A stretch of DNA of 64,000 bases from Thermogemmatispora sp. (lineage in GTDB: Bacteria > Chloroflexota > Ktedonobacteria > Ktedonobacterales > Ktedonobacteraceae). Positions 9,981 through 20,915 of the stretch are shown here, in pieces. The DNA lies in the NCBI RefSeq assembly GCF_019683755.1, contig NZ_JADGHT010000001.1, positions 18,246 through 82,245 on the forward strand. The letters run 5' to 3'. A program made the translations under genes and the position numbers. The first letter of the stretch is position 1. Each line of letters opens with the position of its first letter. The notes beneath the pieces are model-generated. The model saw nothing but the letters and a program-made list of their open reading frames with translations, was not told the DNA's origin and made no database searches.

Positions 9981-12017
9981 TCATTGCATATCTGGTTGAT
10001 GACCGCCTTGTGGAGTAGAGGCAGCACCGAAGGGCCGCCACTTCAGCACAATGGTGGAGAGCGGCGGCAATGTCAGTATGATGGACTGAGGGCAAGACTG
10101 CCAGGCGATAGGGGTACTCAGCAGCGGCAGAGGATTGCCGAGGCCACTGCCGCCATAGCGTACATCATCGCTGTTGAGTACCTCATAGTACTCGCCGGCA
10201 AAGGGGGCCCCGACGCGATAGCCGAAGCGCGGCACCGGCGTGAAGTTACAAATAAAGATCAGCGTCTCCTCCGGGCGCCCGCTACGGCGCTGAAAAGAGA
10301 TCACACTGTTCTCGCTATCGTGGCAGTCGATCCAAGCGAAGCCCGCCGGCTCGCAGTCGAGGAGGCTAAGAGCCGGCTCCTGCTGATAGAGGCGGTTGAG
10401 ATCGCGCACGAAATCGCGTAGCTGAGCATGGTGCGGATCGCTTGGTGGCTCCAGCAGATGCCAATCGAGACTCTCGCGATAGTCCCACTCGCGCCACTGG
10501 CCGAACTCACCGCCCATAAAGAGCAACTTCTTGCCAGGGTGTCCCCACATATAGCCCAGGAAAGCGCGCAGATTCGCGAAGCGCTGCCAAAGATCGCCCG
10601 GCATCTTGGTCAACAGCGATCCTTTCATATGGACCACCTCATCGTGAGAGAGGGGCAGCACGAAGTTTTCGGAGAAAGCATATGTTAAAGAGAACGTAAT
10701 CTTATGATGATGATAGCGGCGATAGATAGGGTCGAGGCGCATATACTCAAGCATATCATGCATCCAACCCATATTCCACTTCATGCTGAAGCCCAGTCCT
10801 CCGACATAGGTAGGACGTGAGACCAAGGGCCAGGCGGTCGACTCCTCGGCGATGGTCAATGCGCCCAGATTCTCGGCATAGACAGCCTCATTGAGTTGGC
10901 GCAAGAAGTCGATAGCCTCCAGGTGCTCATGTCCTCCGTAGCGATTAGGCACCCATTCGCCGGGGCCACGCATATAGTCCAGATAGAGCATCGAGGCCAC
11001 AGCGTCGACGCGCAGCCCGTCGATATGGTACTCGCGCAGCCAGAAAAGCGCATTAGCGATCAAAAAATTGCGCACCTCATTGCGTCCATAGTCGAAGACC
11101 AGCGTCCCCCACTCGCGGTGCTCGCCCTTGCGGGGATCGGCGTACTCATAGAGATGAGATCCATCGAAGAGACTTAAGCCGTGGGCATCCTTGGGGAAGT
11201 GAGAAGGTACCCAATCCAGAATGACCCCAATACCTTGCTGATGGAGGTAGTCAACGAAGTACTGGAAATCCTCGGGGCTGCCATAGCGGCTCGTTGGAGC
11301 ATAGTAGCCAGTTACCTGATATCCCCACGAGCCATCGAAAGGATGCTCTGTGATCGGCAGCAATTCGACGTGAGTGAAGCCCAGGTCCTTGACGTAAGCA
11401 GCCAGGGCGTGAGCCAGCTCGCGATAGGTCAGAAAGCGGTCCTCCTCAACAGCGCCGGGGCGATGGCGCTCGGGGACATGGCGCCAGGAACCAAGATGCA
11501 CCTCATAGATCGACAGGGGGGCAGAAAGACGCTGGCGCTCAGCGCGCTGGCGGAGCCATTCCTCATCATGCCAGCGATAGCGGTGCAGGTCAGTGACAAT
11601 ACTGGCGGTAGCGGGGCGCAGCTCAGCGGCGAAGGCATAGGGATCAGCCTTCTCCAGCACCTGCTGATTGACCTGTGAAAAGATGACATATTTATAAAGC
11701 GCCCCCACCTGTACGCCGGGAATAAAGCACTCCCAGACCCCCAACTCGCGGTGGCGGAGCTGCATCGGGTTGGCCGAGCGGTCCCACCCATTAAAGTCAC
11801 CGACCACAGAAACCGCCGCGGCATGAGGAGCCCAGGTTGCAAAATGCACCCCACTGACCCCATTCACCACGCGGGGATGAGCGCCCATCTTCTCGTACAA
11901 GCGATACTCGCGGCCCTGCCCAAAGAGGTAGAGATCGAACTCACTGAAGACTGAGGGAACTGACTGACCGTTCGTTGGCTGTTGGGCACGTGCTCCATCC
12001 TCAGAAATTGTCGACAT
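9981..12017 (-). CDS. glgB: 1,4-alpha-glucan (glycogen) branching enzyme
   Basis: [44 protein letters not shown]; start at MSTISE (12017) rather than ORF start 12293. Confidence 0.97.
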   Translation of the reverse strand: MSTISEDGARAQQPTNGQSVPSVFSEFDLYLFGQGREYRLYEKMGAHPRVVNGVSGVHFATWAPHAAAVSVVGDFNGWDRSANPMQLRHRELGVWECFIPGVQVGALYKYVIFSQVNQQVLEKADPYAFAAELRPATASIVTDLHRYRWHDEEWLRQRAERQRLSAPLSIYEVHLGSWRHVPERHRPGAVEEDRFLTYRELAHALAAYVKDLGFTHVELLPITEHPFDGSWGYQVTGYYAPTSRYGSPEDFQYFVDYLHQQGIGVILDWVPSHFPKDAHGLSLFDGSHLYEYADPRKGEHREWGTLVFDYGRNEVRNFLIANALFWLREYHIDGLRVDAVASMLYLDYMRGPGEWVPNRYGGHEHLEAIDFLRQLNEAVYAENLGALTIAEESTAWPLVSRPTYVGGLGFSMKWNMGWMHDMLEYMRLDPIYRRYHHHKITFSLTYAFSENFVLPLSHDEVVHMKGSLLTKMPGDLWQRFANLRAFLGYMWGHPGKKLLFMGGEFGQWREWDYRESLDWHLLEPPSDPHHAQLRDFVRDLNRLYQQEPALSLLDCEPAGFAWIDCHDSENSVISFQRRSGRPEETLIFICNFTPVPRFGYRVGAPFAGEYYEVLNSDDVRYGGSGLGNPLPLLSTPIAWQSCPQSIILTLPPLSTIVLKWRPFGAASTPQGGHQPDMQ

Positions 12018-12810
12018 GGCCTTGCTTCCTGTCCAGGCGCGAGATTTCAGCTCAGCTCGGATTGACTGTCTGCTTATCCAGAGCACAGAGAACAATTCTA
12101 GCATAACACAGAAGGCAAGAGAGGAAGGCGAGGAGTTCCCTTTCTCCCCCCTTTGGTAGGTTCTGCCAGGGCGCGGCAATAGTGGCCGAGAGCATGCGAT
12201 CTGGAAGCGAGAAGGAAAAGCGAAAGGCAAGGAGGCGCGCTCCGGCGGACGACCGCAGAGACCGACTTGCCTTCCGTGAGATTTGATGTACAATTTGAGG
12301 ACATGCGAGTGATGCGAGTGCTCCTGTCACGCCCTAGAGAAGGGCCAGGCCGGCCTTTCCACCGCGTGGCTGTGAGGCTGTAGATCTGGCGACAACCTCG
12401 GGGAAGGCTGCCGCTGGCAACAGTAACGGGAGCAAGACTGGGGGCGATGACCTCGGCGCGGGCTGGCGCGAGCACCAGCGCTGCTGTCAGCGCACACAGG
12501 TGGGAAACGAGCGCCAGGTTAAGCCTGGCAGTCCCACGTTCTGCGCGGAGAGAAATGCCGCTTGTGCTGTGAGAGAGAGGGGGAGATCGTTTCCCACCTC
12601 TCTTTCGAGGGAGGCCAATCGCTCGCTATCAGGGACGGAGACGGGCAGGAGACACGTTGAGTGGATTGACTCCTCTGGCGCAGGCCGAGAGATCCGGGGG
12701 CGGAAGGTCAGGGGAAGAGGTGCATGAGTGGTTTCCTGCCGATAGCCGCCGTGAGGAACGTGAACGATTGGCTTCCAGCAGCGAGGCATGATCACAAAGG
12801 AGGCCAAGCC

Positions 12811-13170
12811 ATGAGCATCGACCTGGCAAAGATGAAGGCATTGCTGGAAGCAAAACGTGATGAGCTGCGGGCAGACATTGCCCACTTGACTGCTCCACCC
12901 ACCTCGGTGGAGCCGCTGCCTCAAGATAACGAGGACTCGGCAACCGAGATCCAAACCTATCAGCAGGAGCAGTCGATTCTGGAAAATGAGCAGGCCCTGC
13001 TGGCGGAGGTCGAAGCGGCGCTAGCTCGCATTGAGGAGGGGACCTATGGGCTTTGTGTGAGTTGTGGCCGCCCTATTCCCGAAAAGCGCCTGGAAGCTAT
13101 TCCTTGGGCAGCACGGGACGTGCAATGCGAGTCTCAGCGTCAGGCTGGCCGTGAGAGCTTTGCTGGTTAA
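12811..13170 (+). CDS. TraR/DksA C4-type zinc finger protein
   Basis: [37 protein letters not shown]; RBS AAAGGAGG before ATG 12811. Confidence 0.9.
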   Translation: MSIDLAKMKALLEAKRDELRADIAHLTAPPTSVEPLPQDNEDSATEIQTYQQEQSILENEQALLAEVEAALARIEEGTYGLCVSCGRPIPEKRLEAIPWAARDVQCESQRQAGRESFAG

Positions 13171-13307
13171 GGCCAATGACCACACTACCCTCTCTGGCTG
13201 CCGCTAGTGAGACCTGACAGACAGGGGCCAGCTCGCTAGCTTTGCGGCCCCGGCCAGCAGAGTGGTAAGCGGCAAACGGGAGGCCGAAGAGAGGGTCAGA
13301 GCGGCAG

Positions 13308-13361
13308 AAGGGAGCGACCCGCCCTGTATGCCTGAGAGCTTGTCAGCGGGCCGCTCCTTTT
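13308..13361 (+). terminator. Possible intrinsic terminator after the dksA-like gene
   Basis: GGAGCG-CCCG...CGGG-CGCTCC followed by TTTT; loop is long. Confidence 0.3.
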
Positions 13362-13479
13362 CAAGGTACCGAAAATCAGCTACAATACAATAGTCTCATG
13401 AAGCTGGTAAAGGAAGGCCAGCCAAGAGACTCCGCCAAAGATCAGGCACCTGCGCTCCGGTCTAGGGGGAAATGGAGGG

Positions 13480-14130
13480 GTGGACAAGCGGCCTGGGCTG
13501 GAGCCAGCAAGAAAGGAAGAACTACGAGCAGTGAGCGCGCGTCGCGCACGTCTCTACGATCTACTCGCCCTGCTGGTCATAGTTCTGGTGGTGGCTTTCG
13601 ACCAGTGGACCAAGGCCCTGGTGGTCAGCTATCTGAGTCCTCCTGACAGCGGGCATGTTGTGCCGTTGCTAGGTGACTATCTCTCCTTATACTATACGCG
13701 CAATAGCGGTGCGGCCTTTGGGCTATTTGCCAATAGTGCGGTCCTGGCGGGCCTGATCGCCGTGGCCGTAGCAGTCGTGATTACCCTCTATCTGCGAGGT
13801 CTGAACTCTGGACCGCTGAGCTATAAGCTGGTGTTCGGTCTGATCATTGGGGGGGCAGTTGGGAATCTGATTGATCGTGTTCGGCATGGAGGCTATGTCG
13901 TTGACTTTATTCTCTTCCGCATCCCTCAGATCGGTTTCCGTTTCGCAGTCTTTAACCTGGCCGATGCGGCCATCTCGGTAGGCGTTGTCCTGCTGCTCCT
14001 GCTGATGCTTGGCGGCGCGCTACCGCGAGCCTCTGGACCGAGAGAGTCAGCCCAGGAGAGACAAGCGGCGCAAGGATACTGGAAGACAGCGGAAAGAGGA
14101 GAGCAGAGGGAGGAGCATGTCGGTCCCTGA
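13480..14130 (+). CDS. lspA: Lipoprotein signal peptidase II
   Basis: DQWTK, NSGAAFG, GAVGNLIDR, VVDF, VFNLADAAI. Confidence 0.95.
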   Translation: MDKRPGLEPARKEELRAVSARRARLYDLLALLVIVLVVAFDQWTKALVVSYLSPPDSGHVVPLLGDYLSLYYTRNSGAAFGLFANSAVLAGLIAVAVAVVITLYLRGLNSGPLSYKLVFGLIIGGAVGNLIDRVRHGGYVVDFILFRIPQIGFRFAVFNLADAAISVGVVLLLLLMLGGALPRASGPRESAQERQAAQGYWKTAERGEQREEHVGP

Positions 14131-15112
14131 ATCCACGTTCCATCGTCAACAGACAGAGCGAGGAGAAGGCGGCGCAGCAACACCCTATGGCTATGAGGTC
14201 CGCCAGCACCAGGTTGGCCCCGAGGAGGCTCACCAGCGCCTGGACCGCTATGTGCAGCGGCTGTTGACACCGCTGTCGCGAACAGCGGTGCAACGCCTCA
14301 TCGAAGAAGGCGCGGTCCGTGTCAATGGTGAACAAGAGAAGGCAGGCTATACGCTACGCGCGGGGGATGTGGTCGAGATTCTCTGGCAGCTACCGCAGCG
14401 CGCAACGGAGGTAGTGCCGCGCGCCCTCCCCCTAGAAATCGTTTACGAGGATGACGATTTGCTCGTAGTCAACAAGGCTGCCGGCATGGTAGTCCATCCC
14501 GCCCCCGGCCATGAAGATGACACCCTGGTGAATGCCCTTCTGGCCTACCGCCCACAGCTGCGCGAGGTAGGAAGCGGGGAACGTCCCGGCCTGGTCCACC
14601 GTCTAGACAAGGATACCTCGGGGCTGCTCCTGGTAGCCAAGCATCAGCAGGCACTGACGGCCCTAGCGGAGATGATGCAGCGGCGCCAGATCCACAAGCG
14701 CTATCTCGCTCTCGTGGTGGGCCAGGTACCGCTGGAGCAGGGCACCATTGAGGCTCCCATTGGACGTGATCCACGCAACCGTCAGCTCATGACAGTGACA
14801 GCTCACCATAGCCGCGAGGCGCGGACCCATTTTCGAGTTGTACGTCGCTTCAGCCGGCATACTCTCTTATCGGTTGAGCCAGAGACGGGCCGCACCCATC
14901 AGATTCGCGTCCACCTCAAGGCCATCGGGTACCCCGTGGCTGGCGACCCGGTCTATGGCAGCAGCAGCCATCGTTTGCCAGGCCTGACACGCCAATTTCT
15001 CCATGCGGCACAGCTCGTCTTGCCTCACCCAATGACGGGTGTCACGCTGAAACTGGAGGCCCCCTTGCCTGCCGATTTGCAGAACGTCCTAGCCCGTGAA
15101 GAGTTGCTCTGA
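14117..15112 (+). CDS. rluD: RluA-family 23S rRNA pseudouridine synthase with S4 domain
   Basis: RLDRY, NKAAGMVVHP, HRLDKDTSGLL, TGRTHQIRVH; conserved position after lspA. Confidence 0.92.
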   Translation: MSVPESTFHRQQTERGEGGAATPYGYEVRQHQVGPEEAHQRLDRYVQRLLTPLSRTAVQRLIEEGAVRVNGEQEKAGYTLRAGDVVEILWQLPQRATEVVPRALPLEIVYEDDDLLVVNKAAGMVVHPAPGHEDDTLVNALLAYRPQLREVGSGERPGLVHRLDKDTSGLLLVAKHQQALTALAEMMQRRQIHKRYLALVVGQVPLEQGTIEAPIGRDPRNRQLMTVTAHHSREARTHFRVVRRFSRHTLLSVEPETGRTHQIRVHLKAIGYPVAGDPVYGSSSHRLPGLTRQFLHAAQLVLPHPMTGVTLKLEAPLPADLQNVLAREELL

Positions 15113-15466
15113 GAGGCTGGCGCCGCTTGCCAGGCCTCCTTGCCTATCCTTGCCTTCCCCCTGGAAAGTTGCTTATAGGCCCCTAGCAAAAACCTGGGGG
15201 GGATGCTACACTATCCTCAGCGTAGGTAACCGGGCTTTCCCCTCCAGGAAGAAGGCCCGGTTAGCCAGCCCTGTGGCCCTTTTCAATATTCACAGAGCTG
15301 TCTTCTCTCTCGCCTTGTTAGCACCCATGCGTGACCTGTTCTGTTGGCTTCCAGTGACTGACTCCGAGCGCGCACCGCGCTCCGTTTGCTGAGCGAGCTA
15401 AGGAGAGACGCTTAGCGCACCTGTTTCTCCCACCTAGTGTTCTCGTAGGAGGCCCGTCTTATCCTC

Positions 15467-15496
15467 TTGACTAGAACAGAAGTTCTATGTTACCTT
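15467..15496 (+). promoter_or_regulatory. Promoter (TTGACT-N18-TACCTT, extended TG) with LexA/SOS box TAGAAC-AGAA-GTTCTA (15472-15487) in the spacer
   Basis: Perfect GAAC-N4-GTTC Gram-positive/Chloroflexi-type LexA motif with extended palindromic flanks, placed between -35 and -10. Confidence 0.8.
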
Positions 15497-15625
15497 GGCA
15501 AGAGAAGGAGAGACAGAGACGACAGGCGGAAGCCGCTGACAGTGCTCCGACCGCCGTCACTATTTCTGAGGCGCTGCGCCAAGCAGTACTGAGTGACTGA
15601 CGCTCGACGAAAGGAGAATCAGGCT

Positions 15626-16486
15626 ATGCCTGTACTTGAAGCGACCGATAGGCTCACTCCGAAAAGCGCCCTGCGCCATCGTCCTCTGCAGTCGGAGAGC
15701 GGTTCGGAGCGCCCGGCTGGAGCAGGGGAACCAGTGGCACAGCGGGCCTCACGTCCCCGCCCGACGCCGCCCGATGTGGCCGCTGCGGAGATTGGAGAAT
15801 GGAAGCGAGCTGACGCCAGTGAGGAAAACCTGCCCGGTGCGGTGAAACGTGCGCAGAGAAGACTTAGTCGGACAACGATGGGATCTCGTTCGTCGTCCGT
15901 AGCGACCGCCCCGACAACTTCTCCTAGCGAGCAGCCCGGCCAGGTGAGAGAAGAAGGAACAGCGCGGGAGGAGAAGACAGGCATCGCCCGACCACCAGCG
16001 GCCCGCCGCTGGTTCCAGGCCCATCCGCTACTCTATCTCGGATTGGGTATGCTCTGTATGCTCCTGCTCTGGTGCCTGCTGCTGCCGCTGATCTCGTGGG
16101 GGCGGACCACACTGGATGATCTGCGTTACGGGCGTCCGCGGACTTTCCAGATCGATGCCTTTGTGGGCCACAATGAAGTGGCAGGGATTCCCAGCCATTT
16201 CATCGCGCTCAATCTGAGTGGCCATATCGAGATCATCGAGCTTCCCGGAGGCGATCCGGCCCATGCCCGCATTTACAGCGGCCCTCAGCTCTATGATCCA
16301 GATGCCAATCTGGTGCCCGTCACGTTGAGCTTCGCCGACGTCAATGGGGACCATAAGCCGGACATGCTGATCCATTTCCAAAGCACGCGTCTGGTCTACA
16401 TCAACGACGGCGGGGCCTTCCGTCCGCTGCGCCCGGATGAGCGACCTGCGGTGCTCCAGTACCTGGAGCACCATCCGAATCTGTAA
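15626..16486 (+). CDS. Hypothetical single-pass membrane protein (disordered N-terminus, TM, C-terminal domain with DVNGDHKPD Ca-binding-like loop)
   Basis: RBS AAGGAG; hydrophobic PLLYLGLGMLCMLLLWCLLLPLISW; DxNGDxxPD FG-GAP-like motif. Confidence 0.75.
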   Translation: MPVLEATDRLTPKSALRHRPLQSESGSERPAGAGEPVAQRASRPRPTPPDVAAAEIGEWKRADASEENLPGAVKRAQRRLSRTTMGSRSSSVATAPTTSPSEQPGQVREEGTAREEKTGIARPPAARRWFQAHPLLYLGLGMLCMLLLWCLLLPLISWGRTTLDDLRYGRPRTFQIDAFVGHNEVAGIPSHFIALNLSGHIEIIELPGGDPAHARIYSGPQLYDPDANLVPVTLSFADVNGDHKPDMLIHFQSTRLVYINDGGAFRPLRPDERPAVLQYLEHHPNL

Positions 16487-17002
16487 GCGGCAGTACCCAT
16501 GCCAGTGGATAATCAGGCGCTCTGCAGGTGAGAGCTGTGCCACAGCCGCTGTCAGGTCAGGGCTGTCGAACCCTGGTCGAGGCGCGGGCCTGTCCCCAGA
16601 GGGTATGCAGCCGTAGGGCCTCCTGATCTCACTAGGAGCGAGGCCGATGGACCGCAACAGCCCATCGGCCTCGCGTCAGCAGGCGGGAGCGCGCGAAAGC
16701 GTCTCCTGCTCTCTCAAAGCGGAGGGAGCCGGGCCCCAGCTGCTGGCCCTTCGCTGGTCTGAGAGGGTGGGCGCTGACTCAAACCGTGGTCATCCCCGGC
16801 CAGTCGCTGCGCTAGTTGTGGAACCGGACGCGCCGACTTGCGAACGGACTCACTGGCGCCCGTGCCTTCTAGAGGAGAGCAACCAGTAGCCAAAGCTGTC
16901 AGGCCTGAAAGAGTCAGCGTGGCCTCTAGCTATCAGCCTCTGGCTCCCAGAGGTCTGGCCGGACAAACTCAGGGAGCAGCGCGGAGGGAGAGAGCGCGCT
17001 CA

Positions 17003-17368
17003 TTAGTGATGCCGCCGCTCTCCCTGCCGCTCGCTCTCCCCCTGTGCCCGTCCTTGCGGCCCTCTGGCCGCCTGGGCCAGAACCGCTCCCACAGAGAAGC
17101 CGACCCGTTTACGCGCGGGAATGGTAATCTGCTGTCCTCCACGAATGGACTTGACTTTACGAGGGGCAACGGTGCGCAGGCTCCAGGTACCAAAGCCCAT
17201 CAGGCGTACCTCGTGCCCTCGTGCTAGCTCCTCACGCACGACTTCGGTGAAGGCATCAATGACTTTGCCCGTCTCTTTCAGACTCAGGCCGGCCCGGGCT
17301 GCTGTCTGATGAATCAGCTCGTCCTTGCCAATGACACTGTGATGCTTTTCAGACGAGACAGTGGTCAT
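17003..17368 (-). CDS. HU family DNA-binding protein
   Basis: KDELI...GHEVRLMGFGTWSLRTVAPR...ITIPARKRVGFSVG. Confidence 0.9.
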   Translation of the reverse strand: MTTVSSEKHHSVIGKDELIHQTAARAGLSLKETGKVIDAFTEVVREELARGHEVRLMGFGTWSLRTVAPRKVKSIRGGQQITIPARKRVGFSVGAVLAQAARGPQGRAQGESERQGERRHH

Positions 17369-17601
17369 AGTGGTTTTTCCCTCCTTGTGCTAACGGAATG
17401 GCGCTGCTGAAGGCCACTGCGTCGCAGGGCGTCCCTTCACAACGCTTCTTGGCGCAACACACGTTCCCGGTTTCGGTGAGCGTCCCTGGTCTCTCAGCGA
17501 CTCACCATGCTGCCGCATTATGTATGGGAATGGTGTTACCATCCATTTCCACTATACAGAGCCTCACCAAATACTGCAGGAGAAAGCTCCTAGCACTCCC
17601 C

Positions 17602-17651
17602 TTGACATACTAGACAGGAATGGGTAAACTTGTCTACAAGATGTCTAGACA
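17602..17651 (+). promoter_or_regulatory. Promoter TTGACA-N17-TAAACT with GntR(HutC)-type operator TGTCTAGACA (17642-17651) and degenerate copies
   Basis: Consensus hexamers; palindrome overlaps the ATG at 17641; related CTAGACA (17610-17616) and TGTCTAC (17631-17637) nearby. Confidence 0.7.
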
Positions 17652-18375
17652 GAATAGAGCCTATCTCCAGATCTGCGCTGTCCTTGAAGAAGAGATCCGC
17701 AGTGGGCAGCTCCCGACGGGGCAACGGCTGCCGGGCGAATATGAACTCGCGCGCCGTTTTGGAGTGAGTCGGATGACCGTGCGGCAAGCGCTAGCAGAGT
17801 TAGCGCGCAAGCAACTAATTCAGACGCGAGCTGGCTCGGGCAGCTACATTACCTTTGATCACCGGCCTCTGGACTGGAGTCAAGGCTGGTCGCGGGCCTT
17901 GATGCGTCAAGGGGCCCACGTGACGACGCGCGTGCTTTACTTTGGCGAGGTCGCGGAGCCGGAGCTGCGAGCGCGCTGGCAGGTGGAAGCGGAGCGGTTC
18001 ATCGCGCTAGACCGCTTGCGCCTCTTAGAAGGGCGTGAGCCGATCTCGCTAGAGCGCAGCCGCATTCCCCTGACGGACCAGACGCGTACCTTGTTGGACA
18101 TTGATTTCGCTCATGAGTCGCTCATGGAGGCGCTGACGGGGCGCCTGGGACTCGTGCCGGCCACGGGAGAAGAGTGGGTTGAGGTGACGCATCTACGCAC
18201 AGAAGAGGCGCGCCTGTTGGGGCGGTCGATTGGTGAAGCCTTCTTGCTGAGCCGACGGGTGACCCGTGATCAGGAGGGACGGCTGATCGAATATGTTACC
18301 AGTTTGCTGGACCCTGCGCATTTTCGCCTCCATATGACCTTTGACCTCAGTCAGAGCGAGCGGCAGCGGAGGTAA
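17641..18375 (+). CDS. GntR (HutC/UTRA) transcriptional regulator
   Basis: YLQI, RLPGEYELARRFGVSRMTVRQAL, GSGSY; UTRA C-terminus. Confidence 0.93.
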   Translation: MSRQNRAYLQICAVLEEEIRSGQLPTGQRLPGEYELARRFGVSRMTVRQALAELARKQLIQTRAGSGSYITFDHRPLDWSQGWSRALMRQGAHVTTRVLYFGEVAEPELRARWQVEAERFIALDRLRLLEGREPISLERSRIPLTDQTRTLLDIDFAHESLMEALTGRLGLVPATGEEWVEVTHLRTEEARLLGRSIGEAFLLSRRVTRDQEGRLIEYVTSLLDPAHFRLHMTFDLSQSERQRR

Positions 18376-19431
18376 GTGATCATGCATGAAGCCGGCGGAG
18401 CAGCACTACGCGAGCCAGAAGAGAGGGAACAGCGAGCCCGAGGGGCCTTACTGGGGTTAGCCATTGGGGATGCCTTGGGGATGCCGACACAGATGCTCCC
18501 ACGTTCCGTGGTGGCGCAGCTCTTCCCGTCCCTGGAGGGCTTTGAAGCTGGGCCGCCGCAGAATGCAATCAGTGCCGGCCAACCGGCGGGCAAGGTAACT
18601 GATGATACGCAGCAAGCCCTGCTAGTCGCGCGTCTGCTGGTAGAAGGCCAGGGGCACGTGATAAGTCACCGCTTTGTCGAGGAGCTGCTTCGCTGGGCTG
18701 AGCTGGCAGAAGCTGATGGCAGTGAGCAGCTTGGCCCATCTTCACGGCGGGCGCTAGAGGCAGTGCGGCGTGGACTGCGCCCCGAAGAGGCAGGCCGGCG
18801 CGGCGATACCAATGGGGCGGCCATGCGCATTGCGCCTGTGGGGATCGCGGTGCCGCTGGAGCCGGCGCGTCGCTTCCTTGAGCGGATCGAGGAGGTCTGT
18901 CGACCCACCCACTTTACGGGTGTGGCGATAGCAGGAGCGACAGCTGTGGCGGCGGTGATCAGCGCCGGTGTGGCAGGGGCAAGTTTTCAGGAGGCGCTGG
19001 GTGAGGCTCAGCACCTGGCACGCCAGGCACAGGAGCATGGGGCCTATGTGGCGGCAGCCTCAGTAGCTGAACGTCTGATCTGGGCAGTGGATCTCGTGAG
19101 CCATCTGGATGAAGAGAGTGCCCAGGATGCCATTGTAGATCTGATCGGCACAGGAGTAGCGACGCAAGAGGCGGTGCCCGCGGCTTTTGCCATTGCGGCC
19201 CGCTGGCGAGCTGATCCCTGGCGCGCCTGCCTGATAGCGGCCCGTCTGGGGGGAGACAGCGATACCATTGCCGCTCTCGTTGGAGCGATGCTTGGGGCTT
19301 GCGCTGGTCTAGAGGTCTTCCCACAGGAGGCGCGCACCACCGTCGTGCAGGTCAATGCATTAGATATCGACAGGCTGGTCAGCAGGTTGTTGGCCCTGCG
19401 AGACCGCCTGCAACAGGAGGAGGTACGCTGA
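18376..19431 (+). CDS. ADP-ribosylglycohydrolase family protein (YegU-like)
   Basis: GDALGMP, TDDT, TNGAAMR, GGDSDTIAA. Confidence 0.93.
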   Translation: MIMHEAGGAALREPEEREQRARGALLGLAIGDALGMPTQMLPRSVVAQLFPSLEGFEAGPPQNAISAGQPAGKVTDDTQQALLVARLLVEGQGHVISHRFVEELLRWAELAEADGSEQLGPSSRRALEAVRRGLRPEEAGRRGDTNGAAMRIAPVGIAVPLEPARRFLERIEEVCRPTHFTGVAIAGATAVAAVISAGVAGASFQEALGEAQHLARQAQEHGAYVAAASVAERLIWAVDLVSHLDEESAQDAIVDLIGTGVATQEAVPAAFAIAARWRADPWRACLIAARLGGDSDTIAALVGAMLGACAGLEVFPQEARTTVVQVNALDIDRLVSRLLALRDRLQQEEVR

Positions 19432-20915
19432 TGAGCGCCCAACAGCAGCAACAGCCAGTCGCTGATCGCCCCTGGGCCATTGAGCTGCATGGCATTGAGC
19501 CAATCGGGGATGATGAGCGCCACGGGAGGCCTACAGAATTGTTCTGGGTCTGGTTCGCGGCCAATATTGGCATACTGGGTATCGTCTATGGAGGGATCTT
19601 GACTGCGGCAGGCCTCAACCTTTGGCAAAGTCTATTAGTTGCAGTGGTTGGTTCTGCTGGGTCCTTCGTTTTGGTGGGAGTGGTGAGCGTAGCTGGCAAG
19701 TGGGGCGGCGCGCCAATGTTGACGCTGTCACGGGCTGCTTTTGGGACGCGTGGCAATCTGGGACCGACACTCATCAGTTGGTTGAACCTGGTCGGCTGGG
19801 AGACGATTACGGTCATTGTGGCGGCCTACGCACTGCTGGGGCTGCTGGGGCTTCTCGGCCTGCCAGCTACCCCGAGCTGGACACTGGTGAGCCTGATCGC
19901 TGTCGCGGCATTAGTGGTCCTCTTCGGTTTGCTTGGCCATGCAACCCTGGTCTGGATTCAGCGCGCGGCAACGTGGATTTTTGGTCTGCTCACTCTGATG
20001 GTTGTGCTCTTCTTACTGGCAAAGGCGGACTGGCCAAGGATGCTGGCGGCTCCTGCCGGTCGCTGGGATAGTGGGGTTCTGGCAACCTTGAGCATTGTCA
20101 TTGCGGGGACAGGCGTTGGCTGGGTCAATACCGGCGCTGACTATACCCGCTATTTGCCGCGCAAGAGCAGTGGTCGGGCGATCGTTGGCTGGACTGTGCT
20201 GGGGGCGACAATTCCGCTCGTGGTGCTCATAATGACGGGAGTCTTTCTTTCTACGCGCCTGCCGACCTTGGCGAGCGCGGCCAATCCGATCGCTGTGATT
20301 GGGCAGGAACTCCCTTCCTGGATGGCTGCCCCTTATCTGATTACGGCGGTGGGCGGACTTGTGACCGCGGCGGACCTGTCGATCTACTCCTCAGGCCTGA
20401 ATCTGTTAGCGCTTGGGGTGAGGCTGGAGCGCTACAAGACAGTGCTGATCGATGGAGTGCTGATGGTCGCGGGCGCTGCCTATGTCTTGCTCGTTGCACA
20501 AGATTTCTTTGGGCCGTTCGAGAGTTTCTTGCAGCTCCTGTCTGATGGCTTGATGGCCTGGGCGGCTGTGTTCCTGGTTGACATGGGCTTGCGTCGTGGC
20601 TATGAGGCGCGCAGCCTGATGGAGACAGGGCCAGAGAGCCGCTACTATTACCGGGCTGGCGTCAATTGGCGGGCCCTGGTTGCCTGGCTACTTGGGATCG
20701 TTGTCGGGCTGCTCTTTACAGCCTCGCCGTGGTTTACCGGTCCGCTGGCACGGGGAATCTTTGCTTCCAGCAGCCTTGGTTATGTGCTGGGCTTTGCGGC
20801 GAGTGCGCTCATCTACTGGTTGCTCGTGATGCTTGGGGGCAGGCAAGTCGTGCGGGAGATGCCTGCCGGCGGTCAGGCGCTCTCGGAGCTGGCTCGTGGG
20901 AGGCAAGCGCTATGA
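19431..20915 (+). CDS. NCS1 purine-cytosine permease family transporter
   Basis: IELHGIEPI..ERHG, WFAAN, SRAAFGTRGN, GWETI, ADYTRYLP; TGATG overlap with upstream gene. Confidence 0.9.
   Translation: MSAQQQQQPVADRPWAIELHGIEPIGDDERHGRPTELFWVWFAANIGILGIVYGGILTAAGLNLWQSLLVAVVGSAGSFVLVGVVSVAGKWGGAPMLTLSRAAFGTRGNLGPTLISWLNLVGWETITVIVAAYALLGLLGLLGLPATPSWTLVSLIAVAALVVLFGLLGHATLVWIQRAATWIFGLLTLMVVLFLLAKADWPRMLAAPAGRWDSGVLATLSIVIAGTGVGWVNTGADYTRYLPRKSSGRAIVGWTVLGATIPLVVLIMTGVFLSTRLPTLASAANPIAVIGQELPSWMAAPYLITAVGGLVTAADLSIYSSGLNLLALGVRLERYKTVLIDGVLMVAGAAYVLLVAQDFFGPFESFLQLLSDGLMAWAAVFLVDMGLRRGYEARSLMETGPESRYYYRAGVNWRALVAWLLGIVVGLLFTASPWFTGPLARGIFASSSLGYVLGFAASALIYWLLVMLGGRQVVREMPAGGQALSELARGRQAL

Noticed and set aside
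15235-15260. Possible PyrR-binding leader after lspA-rluD
   Set aside because: Lacks the UCCNGNGAGG consensus and no pyr genes follow.
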